In this document: in pieces, positions 8,131 to 15,769 of the stretch | How positions within the stretch are numbered: position 1 is the stretch's first letter | Layout of the letters: every line of letters starts with the position of its first letter | Made by a program: the position numbers and the translations under genes | Notes under the pieces: generated by a model | Database searches by the model: none | Seen by the model: only the letters and a program-made list of their open reading frames with translations | What the model was told of the DNA's origin: nothing | DNA from: an uncultured virus (IMG/VR IMGVR_UViG_2049941000_000127) | Taxonomy: Duplodnaviria; Heunggongvirae; Uroviricota; Caudoviricetes | Reading direction: 5' to 3' (one strand) | DNA: 32,726 bases | Virus record (IMG/VR): IMGVR_UViG_2049941000_000127

Positions 8131-8759
8131 TCACATCCTGCGCGTTCAAGGAAGCTGATTGCTTCACAAGAGCCGTTCTGAGCTGTTCCGGTAATATCTT
8201 TCCCCGCTTCTCCGCTCTGTTCAGAATTCCCTGACAAGCTCTTTCGCTCAAAGAGTATTTCGGGTGCGGATTGTCCTGCAAAATCTGCGACAAGCGAGAT
8301 TCTCTTTCGTCTTTGGGGAGCTCCCCAAAACTGTGCATCATGAACTCGCCAAGCAATAGACCACCCATCTCCCAGAATGGCTCCTGAAGGACTCCACTTC
8401 GCCCCCCCCTCAAGTCTAGGAATAACGGCAGCTTCGTCCGCGATTTTTGCGGTTTCTTCAAGGACGGCTCGGAAGTCTTCTCCATTGTTTGAACTAAAGG
8501 CTCCGGGGACATTTTCCCAAACCATATATCTAGGTCGAACAGGCTCAGTTGCCCCTCGCATTGATAATTGTCGAATACACTCATTTCGCATCTCCTTAAT
8601 TATTCTTATTTGCTCCATGAATAGGCCGCTTCTTTCGCCTTCAAGTCCCTTGCGCCTTCCGGCGATCGACAAATCCTGACATGGACTTCCGCCGCATACT
8701 ATATCCACGATAGGCACTTCAGATCCTTTTATTTTTGTTATATCTCCATAATGTTTCAT
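7944..8759 (-). CDS. DNA (cytosine-5) methyltransferase catalytic chain lacking N-terminal motif I
   Basis: Motif IV GGSPCQDLS, motif VI WENVPG, motif VIII PQRRKR; starts at MKHYGDITKI. Confidence 0.93.
   Translation of the reverse strand: MKHYGDITKIKGSEVPIVDIVCGGSPCQDLSIAGRRKGLEGERSGLFMEQIRIIKEMRNECIRQLSMRGATEPVRPRYMVWENVPGAFSSNNGEDFRAVLEETAKIADEAAVIPRLEGGAKWSPSGAILGDGWSIAWRVHDAQFWGAPQRRKRISLVADFAGQSAPEILFERKSLSGNSEQSGEAGKDITGTAQNGSCEAISFLERAGCEGGVKESSYSEKEQALCQPSTINPSICVSQDAYDKYTENDKSASLKASGGIYGGGSEALVIQ
8120..8584 (-). CDS. overlapping alternative-frame gene, M.EcoHK31I beta-subunit-like
   Basis: 154-aa ORF nested in the MTase; SRLSQILQDNPHPKYSLSERACQGILNRAEKRGKILP; AAGGAG upstream of ATG. 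Confidence 0.75.
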   Translation of the reverse strand: MSVFDNYQCEGQLSLFDLDIWFGKMSPEPLVQTMEKTSEPSLKKPQKSRTKLPLFLDLRGGRSGVLQEPFWEMGGLLLGEFMMHSFGELPKDERESRLSQILQDNPHPKYSLSERACQGILNRAEKRGKILPEQLRTALVKQSASLNAQDVRGG

Positions 8760-8762
8760 ATT

Positions 8763-9092
8763 TCACCAATTTGTCGCGATATCTACAATGTCCTTTTCCG
8801 TTTCGTGATAGTCGATGACTATTCCTGTCCCCCTGGATGTCTCGATGATCGTCCCGTATGGAACCGATTTATCTGCTGCCAATATCACGAAGCCATTATA
8901 TGTCTTGATTCCGTCTTCCCTGACCGCATACGCGTCACGGATCCCGAAGTGTTCATCCGCCCGCTGCACAACCTTCTTCATGTTCAGGTTGTACCATGTC
9001 TCGGTGTGATCCATGAAGCGGTTGACCCCTTTTGCCGCCGTCAGGACTGTCAGTGCAAGAAGTGTCTGTGTTGCCATTGTTTTCAATCTCAT
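8763..9092 (-). CDS. hypothetical protein, possibly 3D/double-psi beta-barrel-like
   Basis: VILAADKSVPYGTIIETSRGTGIVID...DIATNW resembles the 3D-domain pattern. Confidence 0.6.
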   Translation of the reverse strand: MRLKTMATQTLLALTVLTAAKGVNRFMDHTETWYNLNMKKVVQRADEHFGIRDAYAVREDGIKTYNGFVILAADKSVPYGTIIETSRGTGIVIDYHETEKDIVDIATNW

Positions 9093-9213
9093 TGTTCCCC
9101 CTTTCTGCGGCCCCGGAAGGCCGCTTATGACTTTTGGTTTTGTGATACAATTTCAGGTATGCTTGAAGGTTTCTTTCGGCTTTCGCCCGGTGTTTCAACC
9201 GAACCTTTAAGGT

Positions 9214-9519
9214 TCAGAAGATCAGATAGTTCTTTCCGAAGATCTCCATCCACTTCTCATGGCTGTAAAGCTTCTCGAATCTGCCTTGAGCCACTTGCTG
9301 AAGAAAGAGCTCTTCCGCCCGGTTATTGTGTACGGCTTCCGGACCGTCCGTGTGATGCTTTTTGCATAAATACCCCCAGAGTCCCCAATGCTCCGCGAGT
9401 CGTCTGTTCGCCGTCCCCTTCATGAAGTGATGCTTTTCAAGGTCTTTTGTCGTTTCGATGTTATACTTGAAACGGCACAAGAAGCATTCCTTCGTTGCTT
9501 TCGGCTGAATAATACTCAT
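9214..9519 (-). CDS. HNH-like (Ref-type) zinc-binding phage protein
   Basis: CFLC...EKHH...LCKKHH...AVH...FGKNYL. Confidence 0.75.
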   Translation of the reverse strand: MSIIQPKATKECFLCRFKYNIETTKDLEKHHFMKGTANRRLAEHWGLWGYLCKKHHTDGPEAVHNNRAEELFLQQVAQGRFEKLYSHEKWMEIFGKNYLIF

Positions 9520-9947
9520 TGACATTTCTTTAACTCCGATCTCATGTATTCCCGATACGAATGATCCTCATCCGTTACCGTCCATGTGTGCTTTTCAAGT
9601 GCTCGTGCTACAATGTCCCACAAATGAGCGTTTTTTACCGCTTTTCCATCGCTTTTGAGCCATTTCTGACATATCCAATTATTGAATCTGCGCGTTTCGA
9701 GCGTGTTCAAAACCCCTTGCGCTTTCGTAAATATGCGGATTTCACATGCTTTATGGAAACGCATCAAGGATTCTGCCAGAAGTGTCAGGATGATCGCATC
9801 TTCCGTCGTCTCGGTAAAACTACACCCGCCCTGAAGCGTGACAAACTTGTTCGGATCCTTGTCCTGAACATATTCGACTATCCACATTCCGGACGCTTCG
9901 CCTTTTCTTGGCGGCTTGATTGTACTTTCGAGATATATGTTGACCAT
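9516..9947 (-). CDS. RNase H-like domain protein, active site apparently degenerate
   Basis: WICQKWLKSDGKAVKNAHLW matches the RNase HI basic-protrusion motif; the first catalytic DG is absent (VNIYLES). Confidence 0.75.
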   Translation of the reverse strand: MVNIYLESTIKPPRKGEASGMWIVEYVQDKDPNKFVTLQGGCSFTETTEDAIILTLLAESLMRFHKACEIRIFTKAQGVLNTLETRRFNNWICQKWLKSDGKAVKNAHLWDIVARALEKHTWTVTDEDHSYREYMRSELKKCQ

Positions 9948-10791
9948 GTTGTTTCCTTTGGCAGTCGCATTTTATTGAATCGATCGTGAACTGATGGCAT
10001 ACGGGGCATTCGTATATTTTCACCGGATCCGCCCGCTGCTCATTCTTCAGCTTGATCTCCTGATAATACAGATATCCTGTTCCCGTGAATGCATTCACTC
10101 CGCGCCTGATCGAGTTCTTATCGATGTAATATCCCTGTTCCGGGACTAGATCATGATTGAAGATCTGATGCATCGTCCTTCTTGAGAACTCTTTTGTCTC
10201 AGGAACGGGCCTTTTCAGGTTTCGGGAGCATGAATACTTGATCAGTCTCTTCGGATCCGATCCGTGAACCTTGATCTGTTTCTTTTGTTCGTCGTTTGGC
10301 AGCTTGACGATGTAGTCCGCAAGGTCTTCATAGGTCCCGTCATCCAATAATTCATGATGCGTCCATCCGTGAATCCAACATTTTTTGATTATTACGTCCA
10401 GATCGGGGATCCTGTTCATGACCATGTGAACGTGTATGCCGCCCTTGGATCCGATCTCGATCCGGTATATGTATTTGCACGGAGTCCCCGTCTTTTTGTA
10501 CTGATAGCGCATTTGTGCAAGGAATCGGGACACGTCCTTCGTGATCTCATCGATATCCTTTGTCTCACCCTTCTGATAACGGAGCGTGATCCAGAAGTCG
10601 TTTTCCTTGAAGTTCGCCTTGATCAGATGTCGGACCGTCTTCCTTCGCTGATATTGATTCTGTTTTGCTATCTCTTCAGGTGTTCTCTTGCTTCTGGGAC
10701 TCCTTTTTTCTCCTTTTGCTCCATAATTCCCGGCAAACTTATACTCATACTCCGTTGAGGTCGGGAAGCGAAAGATGTCAAGCTTATACAC
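9820..10791 (-). CDS. HUH-superfamily rolling-circle replication initiator-like protein
   Basis: Motif I FWITLRY, motif II IHVHMV, motif III LADYIVK. Confidence 0.85.
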   Translation of the reverse strand: MYKLDIFRFPTSTEYEYKFAGNYGAKGEKRSPRSKRTPEEIAKQNQYQRRKTVRHLIKANFKENDFWITLRYQKGETKDIDEITKDVSRFLAQMRYQYKKTGTPCKYIYRIEIGSKGGIHVHMVMNRIPDLDVIIKKCWIHGWTHHELLDDGTYEDLADYIVKLPNDEQKKQIKVHGSDPKRLIKYSCSRNLKRPVPETKEFSRRTMHQIFNHDLVPEQGYYIDKNSIRRGVNAFTGTGYLYYQEIKLKNEQRADPVKIYECPVCHQFTIDSIKCDCQRKQHGQHISRKYNQAAKKRRSVRNVDSRICSGQGSEQVCHASGRV

Positions 10792-10849
10792 TTTATTCTC
10801 CTAACTTTAATATCCATAATCATGTTTTTAAGAGCCTTCGTTCGCGGTT

Positions 10850-11104
10850 TTACGCGAATCGGATATGCGCCCGCTTGTGAGCCGTTTCGAGATCATAAAG
10901 CGGGATGATGCTCTTCTCGAGCTTGCGACCGCACATCGGACAGTATTTGATCTGGATGTCGCCCGCTGCCCCGTCAGGATCCTCGGAGAATACCCGGATC
11001 CGATCTTCCTGAATGTATGCATAGATTCTGTTGCTGAATCCGCCCAAATCCGTCCCAACTATGCCGAGTTCCCGCTCTCCGTAACATATGCATTTTTTTG
11101 TCAT
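10850..11104 (-). CDS. hypothetical zinc-ribbon protein
   Basis: AAGGAG SD; IKYCPMCGRKL. Confidence 0.7.
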   Translation of the reverse strand: MTKKCICYGERELGIVGTDLGGFSNRIYAYIQEDRIRVFSEDPDGAAGDIQIKYCPMCGRKLEKSIIPLYDLETAHKRAHIRFA

Positions 11105-11131
11105 GTTATTCTCCTTTTAATAAGAAGGAAC

Positions 11132-11329
11132 TCAATCGTCATCTTCCTCGATCTCTTCGAACTCAACGATCGGATTGATGTCCTTGTCTTGGAAGCGATG
11201 TTTCAGCTTGTCCGTTTCCCCGTCTGCGGTCAGCTCGTAAACGAACCGGTCTTTGTCCGGGATGATCGCTGTGACCTTCGCTTTGATGAGGACTGTTTCC
11301 CCTACTTCATAAATGTTGACTGTTTTCAT
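11132..11329 (-). CDS. hypothetical protein (65 aa)
   Basis: ORF with GGGAG SD. Confidence 0.7.
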   Translation of the reverse strand: MKTVNIYEVGETVLIKAKVTAIIPDKDRFVYELTADGETDKLKHRFQDKDINPIVEFEEIEEDDD

Positions 11330-11597
11330 GCCTTTTTCTCCCCTTCCTTGTTAATTCCATGATGTATTCTGCTATCACCTGTATATATGCGAGCGGATAT
11401 TTCCTTATAGCCGCGCAGCATACTGTTATCATTTCGCGCTTGTCCATGTTTCGGATCCGAACGTCAAGCTCCGTCTGATGCTCATCTTCGAAAAGTTCTT
11501 TCACTTCTTCGCTTGTCAGAAGCCTTCCCTTATAAATGAATTCTGTTCTGTTGATCACGGTCGGATTGATGAGTTCCGGATCCACTTCGTGCATCAT
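11307..11597 (-). CDS. hypothetical protein (MMHEVDPEL...)
   Basis: Likely ATG at 11597 overlapping upstream TGA, rather than the TTG called by the track. Confidence 0.65.
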   Translation of the reverse strand: MMHEVDPELINPTVINRTEFIYKGRLLTSEEVKELFEDEHQTELDVRIRNMDKREMITVCCAAIRKYPLAYIQVIAEYIMELTRKGRKRHENSQHL

Positions 11598-11761
11598 TTC
11601 GTATAACCTATGAGGACAGCTCCGAAGCTGATCCCGAATATGATCGCGCAGATCATGAACGAGCCGCGTCCGCTTGTGATGTGTTCTGCTATTCCAGACA
11701 GTGACAGAAGCGTTCCTATCACTCCGCAAACGTAGATCTTCCCCTTCAGTTTTCCCTTCAT
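11594..11761 (-). CDS. small two-helix membrane protein (MKGKLKGKIYVCGVIG..., 55 aa)
   Basis: Manual translation; ATGA overlaps at both ends; two hydrophobic stretches. Confidence 0.65.
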   Translation of the reverse strand: MKGKLKGKIYVCGVIGTLLSLSGIAEHITSGRGSFMICAIIFGISFGAVLIGYTK

Positions 11762-12150
11762 TTTTTCCCTTCCTCTCTGACTATCCGTTTTCCGTACAGA
11801 TTCAGTCTCATAAAATCGAAATAATTCGGATTGATCGCCTTGTCATCGATATACAGATCCGCGGAGATCTTCCTTGAATCGGATCCGTATGCTTCGATGA
11901 TCTCAGGCAGATTCTCGTTTACTGCATCGAATTCAAGTCCGAAGCATTTCATGACCTCAATCGCATCATTGAGAGCCGTTCCTGTTCTGTTCGAATTGAG
12001 GATAATCTTGCTGCCGTGTTCCTTCTGTTCCCGGATCAGATATTCGATGAGCTGAATGTTCATCTGTCCATCAAGATCGGGCCATGTGTTTCCGACTATC
12101 AGAGTTCCGTCAAAGTCGACTGCAAAGATATAATGTCCGTCAGGTGTCAT
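11758..12150 (-). CDS. HAD-superfamily phosphatase-like protein
   Basis: AVDFDGTL motif I; RKISADLYIDDK motifs III/IV; GGAG SD before ATG 12150. Confidence 0.88.
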   Translation of the reverse strand: MTPDGHYIFAVDFDGTLIVGNTWPDLDGQMNIQLIEYLIREQKEHGSKIILNSNRTGTALNDAIEVMKCFGLEFDAVNENLPEIIEAYGSDSRKISADLYIDDKAINPNYFDFMRLNLYGKRIVREEGKK

Positions 12151-12163
12151 GTCTTCTCCCTTC

Positions 12164-12439
12164 TCATCCGATGTCAATATGGTTCACAACGTCCTTGATC
12201 ATCGCCCATCCGGAATCCATCGCCACGTTAATGACGCGCCCGCTGCGCTGACACTCAAAATCCACATGCACAACTTCCTTTTCCGGATCGTACCGAAGAG
12301 CCGTCACGTCGTCCCCGGCTGATGTTGCCTGAATCGCCGGAAGAAGAAGGTCGAGAATCACCTGTTTGCTTCCCGCTGTTTTGCTTGCTGTTTCCGTTTT
12401 CTTCGTTGTTACCTTGATCATGTTTCCCCCTTTACTCAT
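12164..12439 (-). CDS. hypothetical protein (91 aa or 85 aa)
   Basis: ORF in operon. Confidence 0.7.
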   Translation of the reverse strand: MSKGGNMIKVTTKKTETASKTAGSKQVILDLLLPAIQATSAGDDVTALRYDPEKEVVHVDFECQRSGRVINVAMDSGWAMIKDVVNHIDIG

Positions 12440-12593
12440 CTACTCCGAGTCCGCAACAATTCCGACACATTTCGGATTCGGATCCGCCGTATGTATCGAT
12501 GAACGGACAGTGATAATGCCCGTCTTCGTCCATGTAGTCACATGGAGTGTGAGGATATTTCCCGTCATCCGGTGCTTTTTCATACCATTCCAT
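12432..12593 (-). CDS. small Cys/His-rich acidic protein (MEWYEKAPDDG..., 53 aa)
   Basis: Manual translation; fills the gap between neighbours. Confidence 0.6.
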   Translation of the reverse strand: MEWYEKAPDDGKYPHTPCDYMDEDGHYHCPFIDTYGGSESEMCRNCCGLGVDE

Positions 12594-12595
12594 GA

Positions 12596-12772
12596 TTATC
12601 CCTTTCCGCTGATCAGGCTTCTGATCTGCTCTTCATAGATGTAATATGTCCGTCTCGGAAGCTTCCCCGTGCAAAATGCCCCCGGGATCTTCCCGTTCTG
12701 GATCATAACGCGGACTTGTTGTTCTCCGCAGTTCATCATCTCGGCTGCTTCTTTTGGAGTGATTCTTTTCAT
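12596..12772 (-). CDS. excisionase-like HTH protein (58 aa)
   Basis: MKRITPKEAAEMMNCGEQQVRVMIQNGKIPGA...TYYIYEEQI; ATGA-coupled to cro. Confidence 0.75.
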   Translation of the reverse strand: MKRITPKEAAEMMNCGEQQVRVMIQNGKIPGAFCTGKLPRRTYYIYEEQIRSLISGKG

Positions 12773-12975
12773 ATTTCAGATTCTCCATCCGTCAAAAACG
12801 TCAAAAAATCGACTTTCAATGCCAGACATATTCTGTAATATTCCATAACCTCAATTTTTCGCTGTCCTGAGAGCATTGCTGACAAAATAGGATTTGGAAT
12901 ATCTGTTTTATCTGACAAAAAAGTTTGTTTTATGCCGTTTTCGGTAAGATATGCCTTAATTCGCTGTCCTACCAT
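12769..12975 (-). CDS. Cro-like XRE HTH regulator
   Basis: GIKQTFLSDKTDIPNPILSAMLSGQRKI; first gene of the divergent lytic operon. Confidence 0.85.
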   Translation of the reverse strand: MVGQRIKAYLTENGIKQTFLSDKTDIPNPILSAMLSGQRKIEVMEYYRICLALKVDFLTFLTDGESEI

Positions 12976-13025
12976 ATTTTGTAGCTCCTTTCTGTAAAGA
13001 CTTAATATTTAGTACCGATGTGGTT

Positions 13026-13061
13026 ATAATAGTCCTAATTTTTAATATTGTCAATATTAAA
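13026..13061 (-). promoter_or_regulatory. lytic promoter TTGACA-17bp-TATTAT overlapped by a palindromic operator candidate
   Basis: + strand TGTCAA at 13049-13054, ATAATA at 13026-13031; TTTAATATTG-T-CAATATTAAA at 13041-13061. Confidence 0.75.
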
Positions 13062-13160
13062 TTTTAATATTCGTTAATTATTTTTCAGATATTCCGATAT
13101 ATGATATTGAATTAGCAAGGTATTAAATGTTAATATTTAACAGAAAAGGAGTGAATTGCT

Positions 13161-13388
13161 ATGGTAAACAAGGAAACAGCCATAAGAGAAGCGATGCGAT
13201 TAAATATTATCAGCAAGAGAAAAGCTTTGAAGATGACGCAAAAGGATCTTGCGGAATATGTCGGCTTGAAAAAGAACACTGTCGCATCCTGGGAGCAGGG
13301 ATTGAGTTCTCCGGATATTGATACCATTGTTGTCCTTCTCAAGTTATTTGATATGAATTTTTATGAGTTTATAGGAGAACGATCATGA
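13161..13388 (+). CDS. CI-like XRE HTH repressor (HTH only)
   Basis: MTQKDLAEYVGLKKNTVASWEQGLSSPDI; AAGGAG SD; divergent from cro. Confidence 0.9.
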   Translation: MVNKETAIREAMRLNIISKRKALKMTQKDLAEYVGLKKNTVASWEQGLSSPDIDTIVVLLKLFDMNFYEFIGERS

Positions 13389-14347
13389 GACGACCAAACG
13401 GATCCGGACATATTACAAAGCTTTCCGGGAATAGGCGGCGACCTTATGCGATCAGAAAGGTTATCGGATATTCTGACGAAGGGAAACCCAGATATCAATA
13501 CATCTCATACCATCGGACGAAGCGTGAAGCTGAGCGTGTCCTGAATAGGCTCATGGATGATCCTTACACGCTTTCTCAATATACTTTGGAAGACGTTTTC
13601 AAGGAATGGTATGCAGACATGGAGCAGAAACGCTCCGAAAACACGCTGATCGGATATCGTTCGACATGGAACCGCATCGAGCGGCTGCATAAAGTGAAAG
13701 TTCATAAGATTGACCGCTTTGTCCTTCAGGACTGTTTGAATGACCTTGAGCGGTCCGAGATAACCTTGATGCGAGTGAAGATCTTGTTGAAAGCTTTGTT
13801 CAAGCATGCCGTGAAGCGCGGGATCATGCCGACATCGGCTCTGAGTTTGACGGATTCTGTCGATTATAAGGCTAAAAAGGACACGAAATCGAACCCACAT
13901 AACATTCTAAGCAAGGAAGAGCTTGATCATTTATGGAAGCATAAAGACAATGAGATCGCCAAGATCATCCTCGTGTATGTATACACGGGACTGCGATTTG
14001 CTGAACTGTATAATCTTGCGCCGGAGAACTGTTTTGATGATTATATTGAGATCACAGCATCAAAGACAAGCGCGGGGATCCGGACAGTCCCGCTCTCAGA
14101 TAAGGTCAAGAGCCTGCTGCCGATCGTTTCTGTTCCGAACTATTATCAATTCTTGAAGGACTTCTCGAAGGTTCTGCCGGGACACACTCCACATGACACC
14201 CGCCACACCTTCATTTCCTTAATGACGGAAGCAAAGGTCGACAAGCGGATCATTCGTGTCATCGTCGGACATAAGCCGGAAGACGTTACAGATCAATACA
14301 CTCATCTTTCTCTGGAAGTGATGCTCGAAGCAGTGAATCAGATCTGA
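13385..14347 (+). CDS. int: tyrosine recombinase/integrase
   Basis: YTGLRFAEL, SKTSAG, HDTRHTF, VGH, DQYTH catalytic motifs; N-terminal RRPNGSG arm-binding region. Confidence 0.96.
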   Translation: MRRPNGSGHITKLSGNRRRPYAIRKVIGYSDEGKPRYQYISYHRTKREAERVLNRLMDDPYTLSQYTLEDVFKEWYADMEQKRSENTLIGYRSTWNRIERLHKVKVHKIDRFVLQDCLNDLERSEITLMRVKILLKALFKHAVKRGIMPTSALSLTDSVDYKAKKDTKSNPHNILSKEELDHLWKHKDNEIAKIILVYVYTGLRFAELYNLAPENCFDDYIEITASKTSAGIRTVPLSDKVKSLLPIVSVPNYYQFLKDFSKVLPGHTPHDTRHTFISLMTEAKVDKRIIRVIVGHKPEDVTDQYTHLSLEVMLEAVNQI

Positions 14348-14530
14348 TTTGTCGGACAATGTGTCGGAGTATAAAACAATAACATATGGAATGATACGGA
14401 AGGAAATGCCCGTAAAACAAAGAAATCCGCATCTATACGGACAATGCGGATATTTCGTCAATGACTATCATTTTTCTTGTATTTTCGGCATCTTTCGCCA
14501 TTTTGTGCGAGTATAAGTACGAGCAATTAA
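14348..14530. other. probable attP region
   Basis: Non-coding interval between int and endolysin; TGTCGGA direct repeat just after int; TCCGCAT/ATGCGGA inverted repeat. Confidence 0.6.
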
Positions 14531-14564
14531 AAAACGGGCCGCTCGGATTATCTGAGACGGCCCG
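14529..14564 (-). terminator. terminator of the lysis operon
   Basis: CGGGCCG...CGGCCCG stem with an A-run on its left on the + strand. Confidence 0.7.
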
Positions 14565-14593
14565 AACGGGGGAAACAAATATAAAATTTATAT

Positions 14594-15454
14594 CTAATTT
14601 ATGAACGGCAAGCTTGCCCAGGTCTTCGGACCGATGATTCCATCGACCACAAGTCCGTGATTCTTCTGCCATTTCTTGACAGCTGTATCAGTCTTCGGTC
14701 CGAATATGCCGTCAGCGTTTCCACATGCATATCCGTGAAGATTCAAAAACATCTGCCAATTCCTGACATATTCATTCCGATCACCCTTCCGGAGTGTCGG
14801 ATAATTCTTCGGATCCGATGCAGAAGATTCAGGTTTCTTCCCTTGAGCATAATTCAGCCATTCTTCGGCTGATATATAAGCTTTGTCAAGATCAAGATCT
14901 TCCGGATATCCAGGCAACCTTCCATCCGATGAATACTGAAGGATTTTGCAGTCCTTCCACGGCCCAAATCCATAAACATCCGTCCACGGATCATCGACAT
15001 AAACTGTCGGAGCCTTCTTTTTGTACTGAGCGCACCAAAAAGGAAACGAAGGATCCCAGATATTCTTGTATTGTCTTGCGACGGACTTTGACATATAGAT
15101 GAACGGCTTGATGCCCGTTTTCTGTTCTACATATCGAAGCCATGAAAGAGCATATTCGGGATTTGAAAAGTTCGCATTGTCTTCTTTTTCCCAATCAAAG
15201 CACAGAATCGCTTTTCCGATGTAGTCCTTGACAGTTTTCAGGAATTTTTCCGCTTCCGCGATTGCTCCACCTGTCGATGCATAGTGATATACACCGAGAA
15301 GCTTCCCGAGATTTTCTGCCTGGGTGATCTGTTCCTTGAAAGTCGGATAAACATATGAAGAGGATCCTTGCGATGCCTTGACGATAACAAAATCGCAGGG
15401 AACCGCTGCAAGGTCTATTCCTTTCTGATATCTGGAAATATCAATTCCGTTCAT
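14594..15454 (-). CDS. endolysin: GH25 muramidase plus C-terminal peptidoglycan-binding domain
   Basis: GIDISRYQ, IVKASQG, GVYHY, FDWE, DLDLD; DGIFGPKT and DGIIGPKTW repeats. Confidence 0.95.
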   Translation of the reverse strand: MNGIDISRYQKGIDLAAVPCDFVIVKASQGSSSYVYPTFKEQITQAENLGKLLGVYHYASTGGAIAEAEKFLKTVKDYIGKAILCFDWEKEDNANFSNPEYALSWLRYVEQKTGIKPFIYMSKSVARQYKNIWDPSFPFWCAQYKKKAPTVYVDDPWTDVYGFGPWKDCKILQYSSDGRLPGYPEDLDLDKAYISAEEWLNYAQGKKPESSASDPKNYPTLRKGDRNEYVRNWQMFLNLHGYACGNADGIFGPKTDTAVKKWQKNHGLVVDGIIGPKTWASLPFIN

Positions 15455-15669
15455 TCATTTTGTCCTTTATTATACTGTATCGATGAAATACAAATCAAGC
15501 TTCCGATGAGTGTCGCGATTGCTGTGATCGTCTGTGAGATCATCCCGGCAAGTTCTTCGAAGTGATATATCTGACCGAGCACGACTGTGAACGTGCTCAA
15601 TGCCGGAAGACATATCACGCATATCCATTTGAGCCAATCATAAACCTTGGAACTGAAGATATTATTCAT
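15451..15669 (-). CDS. holin (Dp-1-like family)
   Basis: KVYDWLKWICVICLPAL...LIGSLICISSIQYNK, two TM helices, directly upstream of lysin. Confidence 0.88.
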   Translation of the reverse strand: MNNIFSSKVYDWLKWICVICLPALSTFTVVLGQIYHFEELAGMISQTITAIATLIGSLICISSIQYNKGQNE

Positions 15670-15769
15670 TTGTTCTCCTTCCTGAGCTTCCGCTCCATAC
15701 AACGAGACCGATTAAGGCATCGATTCCGAGTATTATATACAAAAGCATCAAAAATACAGCTGTTATCAT
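15662..15769 (-). CDS. small hydrophobic peptide (MITAVFLMLLYIILGIDALIGLVVW..., 35 aa)
   Basis: Manual translation; ATGA-coupled to the upstream gene and overlapping the holin start. Confidence 0.5.
   Translation of the reverse strand: MITAVFLMLLYIILGIDALIGLVVWSGSSGRRTNE

Noticed and set aside
8312..8329. Perfect 18-bp palindrome TTTGGGGAGCTCCCCAAA
   Set aside because: Explained by codons of the conserved FWGxPQ motif VIII; no second copy seen
8751..9425. 224-aa plus-strand ORF and similar antisense ORFs
   Set aside because: Shadow frames of well-supported minus-strand genes with no recognisable motifs
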